Source of the DNA: Protoeuglena noctilucae
Taxonomy: Eukaryota
Direction: 5' to 3'
Assembly: GCA_958009085.1 (NCBI GenBank)
Contig: OY253685.1
Coordinates: 620,001 to 684,000, forward strand
Length of the DNA: 64,000 nt
The stretch's first letter is position 1. The number at the start of each line of letters is the position of its first letter. The notes beneath the pieces were generated by a model. The model worked only from the letters and a program-made list of their open reading frames with translations, made no database searches and was not told the DNA's origin. Position numbers and translations under genes: made by a program. Shown piece after piece: positions 50,758-59,837 of this stretch.

Positions 50758-53700
50758 TCACAACGCTCGATATTCGTTGTCACGAAGCCCCTTGCGCACC
50801 GTCCGTCTGCGCCGGGCCGCCCTCGTCCCTGCTCCGGTCGACCCCTGCACTCTCGGCATCGACTGCCGGGTCGTGCAGCGTGGCCAGGAGGGGCGGGGGT
50901 GGCAGGGCGATGCCTGGGAGGGCCATGGACGCCACTGCGAGGGCGGGGGGTTGGGGGTGCAAGTGAGGGATGGTGGAGGGTGAGGGGAGGCAAGGGCAGG
51001 CAAGGCAACCGCAACACACATATAAACACACACAACCAAGCACTCGACCCATCGCTTTTCGCCACGCTCACCGACATGGATGCGCCTGGCGGCGACCGGG
51101 GCGCGACCGGCGGTGCTGGGCGTGCCAGTTGGCTGCGCGGGAGACGCCGATGCCGATGTCGACGCCGGCGCATGGGTCGCGTCGCGCAGGTTGGTGCGGA
51201 TGGGGGCCAGGGAGCTCATGGGGTCGAATCGGCGCAGGGGAGGGAGCACGGAGCCGCGGGGGAGGAACTGCGGGGGTGGGAGAGGGGGGTGGTTGGGTGA
51301 GTAAGGGTAGATCAATACTCGCACGCGACAGGCATTACATGCGTGGTGCGAGGTGGAGTTATTCTCTAACAAAACAACAGCTGCTCACCTGAGGCGGCGA
51401 TTGGGGTTTCGCCCCGTGCGGACTCCTGGGCTCCGGTTCCCTGCCCTGACTGACACTGGCATTGACACTGGCGGCCACACTGGCTGCGGCGCTCTCGGCG
51501 GTGGACCCCGGGCGGGACGCGTCCGCGGGGTGGGGGTGGCGGAAACCGTCGTTGGCGGGCATCGAACCCGTGTCGGACAGGCGCAAGCTGCCGTGGGTGA
51601 AGCCGCTCATGTGCCCCGTGTCCGGGCCCTGGGGAGGTGGGGAAGGGGGAGGGGTCATGGGGACAGGGAGGCGTGAGCTGGAAGGGGCAGTGGGCGGGTT
51701 GAAGGTGCGAGGGGGCAGTGAAGGACACAGCAGACACCAACAACCCACACACAGCCACCCCCACACCCCATACCCCAACCCACAGTCAGCAATCTCTCAC
51801 CTCCGGGTCCCGCGAGCTGGTGACGGAGAGCCGGCTGGTGCGGCCGACGTGCCCGGTGGACCCGACCAGCGACGAGCGGACCTCCGAAAGGGCCAGGAGA
51901 GAGCTGGGCATCGCCGCGCCACCCCCGGGGCCCAGGGGCACCACGGGGGCGCCTGGTGCGAGCGCGGGCGACAATCGGTGCAGGCGAGACATGGCGGCCG
52001 ACAGCGGCCCGGGGACCGAGGGCCCGTCCCGCGGCGACGGTGACGGCGCGTCGTTCGCCGCGAAGTGCGGGTCGGGGCCGGCGTGGACGTGGATGCCCCT
52101 GCCGGACGACGCCCGGCCCCGCACCATGCTGCCGTGCCCACCCTGACCACCTGCCCCGGGCGCGGGCGCCGGCTGCGTCTGCGGGCGGGACCCTGCGTCG
52201 CCCGGGCGCGGCCCCGTGTTCCTTCGCGAGTCGGCGAGCGTGGACAGCACCTCGCCCGTCGCCCCCGTCTGGGGCCGCGACACCACCACCCGCCGCACCA
52301 TGCTGCCGTCCGACGGGCGCAGCTCCAGCCGGCTCGAGTCCCGCGTCGGGCCCGCCCCGCTCGGTCGGCCCACGCGCAGCTCCCGCCGCGAACCCCCCGC
52401 CGCCGCCAGCGCCGCCGCCCGCACACCCGCATTGGACACCCGCCTTGACCCGGCCCGCGACCCCCCCGCCATCTCCGCCGCCTCCGCCGCCGCCATCGCG
52501 CTCCGCATCTCGGCTTCCGCCAGCGCAATCAGCATGCTCTCGTAGTGCCCCAGCCCCGCGAAGCTCCGCGACCGCTGCCGCGGGTTGTGACCCCTCCCTG
52601 ACCCCGCCTCCCTCCCCCGGTCCTCCCGGGGCTGCCCCCGCTCCCCCGCCGTCTCCAAAGTCGGCACCTCGTCCATCTCCGCCTCGCCGCGCCCGGGCTT
52701 GGCCGGCAGCGTCATGTTCAACGGGTCCACGCGACCCGGACCCACCCCGCGTGACCCCTCGCGGCTGCCCCCGCCCCGCGACTTGCCGCCCCGCCCGCTC
52801 CCCTCCGCCTCCTCCTCCACCGCAGACAACTCTTCTCGGTTCTCCTTGCTCCCCGGGCGCGTCAAGTCCCCCTCGCTCCCCTCCGCCTCCGTTTCCGCCT
52901 CCCGGTCCGCCCCCCGCCCCGACACTGAAGTGTCCCCCGCCCCCCCCGCGCTCACCAGCGACGGCGGGCTCCCCGACGACCCCGCGGGGTCGCTCCCGTC
53001 CTTCTCGCGACGCCGCCGGGCCCCCCGCCCCCAGCGCTTGCCACCCCGGGGGCCGTCCCCATCGCCCTCGTCGCCTTTTGCCTCTGCGATCGTTGACAAG
53101 TGGCCCCCCATGCCAGCCGGGCTCCGCGGCCGCGCCGGCGCATCGCTGTCTCCCCGCGACGACGCAGACAGCCGCGCCAGGCCGTGACCGTGGCCGTGGG
53201 CGTGACCGTGGCCGTCCGCATCCTTGCGTGCCCCCCGCCCAACACGCCCGCCGTCGTCGCCCACCTGCCCCGCCACCCCCGCGCCGCTCGAACCCCGGCT
53301 CCGCCAGCTCGACACGCGCATGTTCAGCGCCGACCGCAGCTCGTGGCCGTGCAGGCTCAGCGCCTTGCCCACACGCCACAGCGGTCCAATCGGCTCCGCG
53401 TGGGACTGGGTCCCGTGCGTCCCGCGCCCCTGCCCCAGCCGCCCCGTCGCGCGCAGGTCGTCCCGCAGGAAGGCGTTGTGCCCCCCACCGCCAAACAGCA
53501 TCCCACGCAGGCTGAACGCCCTTGCCGCCTGGGCCCGAGGGTCCCGATCCTCGTTTCCCATCGGATGCACCCGGCCCGTCCCGCCCAGCCGGTGGCGCGT
53601 CCCGATCCCCGCCTGAACACCGAACAGACCCAGGAAGTTGATGCCCGACATGGCGGACGGCGCTGGCTGCACCAGATCCTCTACCACAGGCCCGGGCTGC

Positions 53701-56339
53701 CCCTCGGCGCCCGGCACCTCCCGCACCACCCCCAGCCGACCCCGGGAAAGCCCGAGGAAGTTCCCGGCCTCCGCCAGCACGCGCATGCCGATCTTGCTGG
53801 CGCCGCGCGTGAGGCGGCGGGCCCAGGGGCGCTTCGCGTGGGCACGGCCGTCGGGGGAGCCGCTTGCCGACGGCGTGCCCGACCCCTGGCTGCTCATCGT
53901 CCGCGCCGGCGCCAGCTGCTGCAGCGGCATCTCGCGGCGCCGCGCCATGCTCGCGGCCGCGGTGAGCTCGGCGGACGGGGCAGAGCCCTCCACGGAGGGC
54001 CGCCCGTGTCGCGCGTCCGGCGACGTGCCCGGCGCCCACGGCCGGCCGTTGCGGGTGGCCGGGGACGCGGGGGACTCGTTGAGGAGGCCCGGGGAGGGCC
54101 GCACGAGGTTGGGGACCGGCACCGGGCCCGGCCGGGGCTCCTCGAACACCGCGCTGTCTTGCAGGACGCGTTCCGAGGGTCGGCGGCCCTGGGAGGGTAG
54201 CGTCCGGTGCAGCAGCGGCGCGGCGACGTCCGGCAGGCCCTTGGGCCCGTCTGAGTGCCGCGTGCCCCACGCCAGCTGCGGGTTGGCGGGTGGGGAGACT
54301 GGCACCATCCCGTTGCGCACGCAGGTCGCCGCCCCCGCCTCCACGTCCGCCGGGATGCCCGGCGCAGCTGCGGGTGCGAGATGCGTCATCGGAATGAATC
54401 TCGGCTTGTGTGGCACGGTGCAGCAAACGGCTCTGAAGCGCTCCCTTCCCTCACGCACCCGCCCAACTTTGCCAATCTGCTGAGGGCCTGACCCGGATCC
54501 CTCGGCCCTCACCTTCTGCCCCGGTGGCATCGTTCATGGGCTCGTACTCTGCCAATGCCTCAGCGCTTGCGTCCTGGGAGGGCTGCAGTAAGGCGATGCC
54601 GATGAGCACCAGTGCCACTCCCAGGGGCGACATGATGTAGGAGATGGGCTTGAACGAGGTCCACTCCTGGAAGTACATCATGCCGGCCAGGACTGCGGGG
54701 GTGGCGGGCACGAAGGTTCGGTCACATGACCGGCCGCTATGCCTCTAGCCGGAGGCGCATGCACGGGCGTTCACCTGACAACAGCGTCCAGAAGGTCTGC
54801 ATGATGGGGACGATGACGGTGGACGGGAAGAGCTGGAGGCCCAGGTTGAGCCGGGTGACCCAGAAGGATGCGACAAAGACGAAGCAGGCCAGCATGACCC
54901 ACGTGTACCAGTTGCCGGCCTGGTTGCTGCCGGACGCCGTGGTGCGGATGAGGGTCGAGAGTGATTTCGAAAACACCATCGTGAGGGTGCCGATGAGCGC
55001 GGCGTAGAGGCCAAAGGCGACGGGCGTGATAATGCGCCACGCGCGGCTGGCACCCTTCTTGGCGCCCGTCTTGGCCCGCCAGTCACCCTGCCGGTAGATG
55101 GCGTAGAAGGCGATGGAGCCACCAGCGCAGAAGAGCAGGTACGCCACCCACGCGGGGCGCGCCTGCATGTGCTCCAGCTCCGTCACTGCGGGGGGGTAAC
55201 GGGGTACCCATGTCGCGTTCGACACTTGGGAGCGGCGTGGGGGGTCCCAGATGGCGGCCCGGGTGACCGCAGTGACTAACCGGTGTAGGATATGCTCGAG
55301 TGGTTGCCGAAGAAGACCAAGACAATGCAGCCGGCGACGATGAAGGTCGTGGCGATGATGTACTTGACCGTCACGGGCTCGTGGAGCACCGCCCAGGAGA
55401 AAAGGATGTTCACGACGAATTGCGAGGCTCCCAGGACTGCCAGGAGGGACACGGAGGCGAACGCTGTGGAGCCGAACGTCAGGAGATTGCCCGCCATCAT
55501 CGACGACACCCCGAACAGCCACGTGCGGTGCTTCCAGCTCGGCCCAATCAGCTTGCGCTCCTGCGCGAAGAAGGCTACGCGTCTGAGGCCGCCATGCGCA
55601 GGCGTCGCGGCGGGCGCCGCGCGCGGTGGGGCTGCACGCACCCGGGCTGCGGCGACCGCCTCCGCGGGCGTGAGAGGGAACCCGGACGGGCCGAGCTCGC
55701 CCTCCGTGAGTTCCATGGCCTCCTTCTGGATCTTGTCATGCCCGAGCTTCATCACGTTGTAGCCGAAGTTGATGAGGACGTTCCCGGCCTGCGGGGAGTG
55801 GGGTAACGCGCGTTCCCGGACGGCTGCGCGCGTTCACGACAGGGTCACGCCAACACGTGTCGTAGCTTGCGATGCGAGCGCGCCCTCGATGCGGGAGGCC
55901 GCAGTCGCGGAGCGCAAGGACGTAGGCCCGCCGGGCATGCAAGCCGGGACGCGAGCCGGATGGGGCCCGGAAACCGGGTAGGCAGGCGCCGCTGGAAACA
56001 GAACATGTAAATGCTTCGCGGACATCGCGCGGCCCCGGCGCAGATGGCACGATGGGGTCCCGGCCCAAGAAAAGCGACGCCCGTTCAGGTGGGCTGCCCA
56101 GGGGACCTGGCCGGCACGTTCAGGGTTACGCCAGGCACGACGGCCCTCCTCCCCACGTCCGCAGACGTTTCGCCAGCCCTCCGGTCCCCCCCTTGAGGCA
56201 AGCGCCCGGAAAACCTCTCGGACATGCAGTCGGGGCGGATACGACGCGTCATTCCAAACAGTATAGCATACATTCGACGACGGGCTTGTCCCCTCACCAC
56301 GTTAATCACGGCTCCGATAACCCAAGCCGGGACCCCCAT
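50758..56339 (-). CDS. NIPA-family probable magnesium transporter (plant NIPA8-like) with a very long disordered C-terminus
   Basis: WVIGAVINV|AGNVLINFGYNVMKLGH, AGNLLTFGS..FASVSLLAVLGASQFV, VFFGNHSS, FSKSLS, FWVTRLNLGLQLFP..IVPIMQ, GMMYFQEW; then an in-frame low-complexity exon of about 900 codons and 3 more exons. Confidence 0.85.
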
Positions 56340-56849
56340 CCTGAGCCGGCTCCACCCCCCCGACGGCAGCCGACGCCCTCACAGGGGCGATGACAAGCTC
56401 AAGTGTTGCTGGGCATCCTTCGTCGCGCTGCCGGCGCAGTCCGGGCGGACTTGGCTCGCGTCCAAGCGCAGATGACCTCACCACGGGCTCGCGACAGCCC
56501 ACGTGTCGAAGTTGGCATCCCGAACAGACGCATCCGGTGGATGGAAGCCCCCGCCCACCTCGTTCCCCTGGCACACACTTCTGGTAACAAAGGACGAGGG
56601 CTTTGCGACATGAGCAGCCAAGAACGCGCTTCTTGTGTCCATCAAAAAGCGCCGGGTACTGACATTGGTGGCTCTGCGTCCTCGTGCGCGCTACTTGGTG
56701 CGCATCTGTTACAAGCAGCTCTTCAGCGGCGTCACCCTCCGGCGCCGCTGTGTCCCTTTGTTTCGTGTTGGATGCTGAACTCGTGAAGCACCACTGGAGG
56801 ACATCTAACCCGCCCGTCGGCGCGGCATCTCCCGCTGCCCGTGCCCGTC

Positions 56850-59561
56850 ATGGCGCAACTCGAGATTCAGGCCACGGATGTCATCAAGGCGACCGATGGC
56901 TGCGGCTGCCATCTATACCGCCTTCCCGTTGTCGGGCGACCTAGCATCGGCGCCGATGTCGGCGACAGACGCCTGCACTCGCCGGACCGTGACGCGAGCT
57001 GCCCCGATGCTGCCCCGACGCCGCCCGCCAGACACCGCCCCCGCTCCCTGCGCGTGCAGGTCATCTTGCAATTCTGCAAGGAGAACAACCTCATGCAGAC
57101 CTTCGAGGCCCTGCAGAGCGAGTGCGGCGTGTCGCTCAACACAGGCGCGTGGGCCGTGCCCATGCCCCGCCGCTTTCTGCGGCTCGTGGGGATGCCAACC
57201 TCGGCCCGCGTGTTGCCCTTGCAGTGGACTCGCTGGAGCAGTTCGTGGCCGATGTGCAGAAGGGTCGATGGGAGGTCATCCTCCCACAAATCCAGTCTTT
57301 GAAGCTCCCGGCCGAAGTCATGTGGACCTTGTACGAGCAGATCGCCATGGAGCTCATCGAGCTGAAGGAGATCGAGGCCGCGCGCGCCATGCTACGCCAG
57401 ACCCAGGTGACCTGAGCGGCTCTGTGTGTCTCGAAGGCACAACGATGACACGGCTCCGGTTCGCCTTGTCGCATGCTGCGCTGGGCAAGACTGATTTCCA
57501 GCCGCCGGGCGCGCACGTGGACATCGCTTAGGGAGTCAAGGGTTTGTATAAGGGTGCCCCGATTTGGCGCTCCTCAATGCTTGCGCCACGCATCATGAAT
57601 ACGCAGGTATTTCAAACGATGAAGTCCGAGGACCCCGAGCGGTGCGTTCGGTTGGAACGACTCACCAAGGAGGCCTATGCGGATCTGAGGGACCTGTACG
57701 GCATTGGGATGACGAAGGTGCGTGCGGAGCGTGGCACAGCAGCGGGCGCGGCTATTGCAAGCAGGTTCGCCGCAACCACGTTGCATCTGCGGTCGCAGGA
57801 CAAGCGGAGGGCGCAGCTGGCGCAGAGCCTGAGTCAGGAGGTCGTGGTGGTGCCCCCACAGCGACTGATGTCACTGGTGGGGCAGGCGCTTAAGTGGCAG
57901 CAGCTGCAGGGCATGCTGCCGCCGGGTGCGGCCTTCGATCTCTTCAGGTTCGATGCGGCTAAAGGGGTTGTTACCTTACACATTTTTCACGCACCCCCAC
58001 CCGCATACGCATCGCATCCCATGCAACAAGCGCCACGCATGGCGTCCCCACCCCTGACCCATCACAGGGGCACAGCGCAGTCCAAGAAGGACGAGCAGGA
58101 AATGTTCCCGAGGGATCTGGACCGCACGATCAAAGTGGGATCGAAGAAGTCCCACCCGGAGGTGGCGCGATTCTCGCCGGACGGCCAGGCACTCGCCACC
58201 GGCTCCGTCGACGGCTTCATTGAGGTTTGGGACTACATGACGGGGAAGCTCAAGACGGATCTGCAGTACCAGGCGGAGGAGATGTTTATGATGCACGACA
58301 CGCCCGTTCTGGCGCTCGCGTGGTCGCGAGACTCGGAGCTCCTGGCGTCAGGTGCGCGCTTGAAACGCAGCCCCTCGTGCAGCATAGCGGGCTCTTGGCG
58401 ATCCCCAGGATTGCCATTGGTATCAGCGGTGGCTGGGAGTCGTCTCAAATGTCGCAAATGGATCGCAATGGGTGCTGGCTGCAGGGTCCCAGGACGGGCA
58501 GGTCAAGGTGTGGCGTGTCAAGACCGGCCAGTGCTTGAAGAAGTTCGAGCACGCGCACACCGAGGGCGTCACCTCGCTGGCCTTCTCGCGCGACAGCACC
58601 CAGGTGAGGCCCTGAGAGGAAGGCTCTACCGTGCCTTGCGCCTGAAAAGCCGCGAGCGCTGTGCGGCACAGACACCGACAGGCTGAGCTCATCACCATGC
58701 CATCGATCGATTCCCTTACAGGTCCTGTCGTCTTCGTTCGACGGGACGGCGCGCGTCCACGGCCTCAAGTCGGGCCGCCTGCTGAAAGAGATGCGTGGGC
58801 ACGGGAGCTACGTCAACGGCGCGGTGTGGAGCGCAGACGGGGGCAACGTGTACACGGCTTCGTCGGACGGCACCGTGCGCGTGTGGGACGCCAAGACGTG
58901 CAAATGCATGCACACGTTCGCGCCGCCTGCCTCGGCTGGGACGGAGCCAACCGTCAACGGTGAGGAGCGTCGTCGTCGCGCTGCGCCAGCTGCGAGCCCT
59001 GCCGCTGCTGGCGGGTTTTTGCTTATGAAATGCTTTTCAGCTGAGATGTACATTCAGTCGACGGATGTCTGTATACAAGCTTGCTCTGAGCTAGCTCTGA
59101 GAGAGCTTGGATTTGATTCCCCTCCCACGCGCACGCAGACGTCCACCTGCTGACGGCCACGTCCGTGGCTGGCGCGGAGATGCTCGTGTCCACGCGGTCT
59201 CCCGAGGCGTTCTTGATGAACGCGCAGGGCCAGGTGGTCAAGACGCTCGCGAGCGGCAAGCGGCAGGGGGGCGACTTCCTGTGCTCCCTCGTCACGCCCC
59301 GCGGCAAGTACATCTACTGCCTGGGCGAGGACTCGACGATCTACTGCTTCTCTTCAGAGGTACGTGATCGACTGCTGCCATTTACAGGGACTATGGCTGT
59401 GCTCGGCGGTCAACAGCGGTCCCTTTTCTCCGCAGACGGGCAAGCTGGAGCACATCATCAGCACGCACGAGTCGGGGGCGATCGGGATGACGCTGCACCC
59501 GCACCGGAACATGATCGCGACGTGGGGAGAGGACGGGACCGTGCGGACGTGGGTCGCGTGA
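56850..59561 (+). CDS. SMU1: WD40-repeat spliceosomal protein SMU1
   Basis: LEIQATDVIK|VILQFCKENNL...SLNT|VDS (LisH/CTLH), LYEQIAMELIELKE, VVPPQRLMSLVGQALKWQQ, FSPDGQALATGSVDGFIEVW, DLQYQAEE, HPHRNMIATW. Confidence 0.96.
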
Positions 59562-59680
59562 TCGTTTCAGTGAAACAGGGTAGGGTTTGGCGCGCCCTGA
59601 AGGCTTTGAACCTCGCCGGCGAGAGAGGACGATGCTTTCGACGCGAGATCTCCATCCTGGTTCCATCGGGGCTGCGCACT

Positions 59681-59685
59681 TGTAA
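59681..59685 (+). promoter_or_regulatory. Possible chlorophyte polyadenylation signal TGTAA
   Basis: TGTAA 120 nt after the SMU1 stop codon. A short motif, so a chance match is plausible. Confidence 0.3.
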
Positions 59686-59837
59686 GCAAACAAGCCGCGA
59701 CGCCACGCTGCGCCACGTTCCCCGAGGAGCCTGCGCCCACGTCGCGCGAATGGCGCTTGAGGGGCCGGCGACCCTGAAGGCAGTTTCTATGGGATCACGT
59801 GCGGCGACTGCGAACGAGTAGTGGGTTCGGGTCGACT

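Noticed and set aside
51655..54426. Very long alternative-frame and antisense ORFs (923 aa, 519 aa, and similar ones at 410-1498, 17035-18339, 41142-42500)
   Set aside because: Expected shadows of stop-poor GC-rich coding sequence; Arg/Pro/Ala-rich with no recognisable motifs.
56850..59561. SMU1 splicing factor as an explanation for the unusual introns nearby
   Set aside because: It is a conserved trans-acting gene and looks ordinary; physical proximity has no causal meaning.
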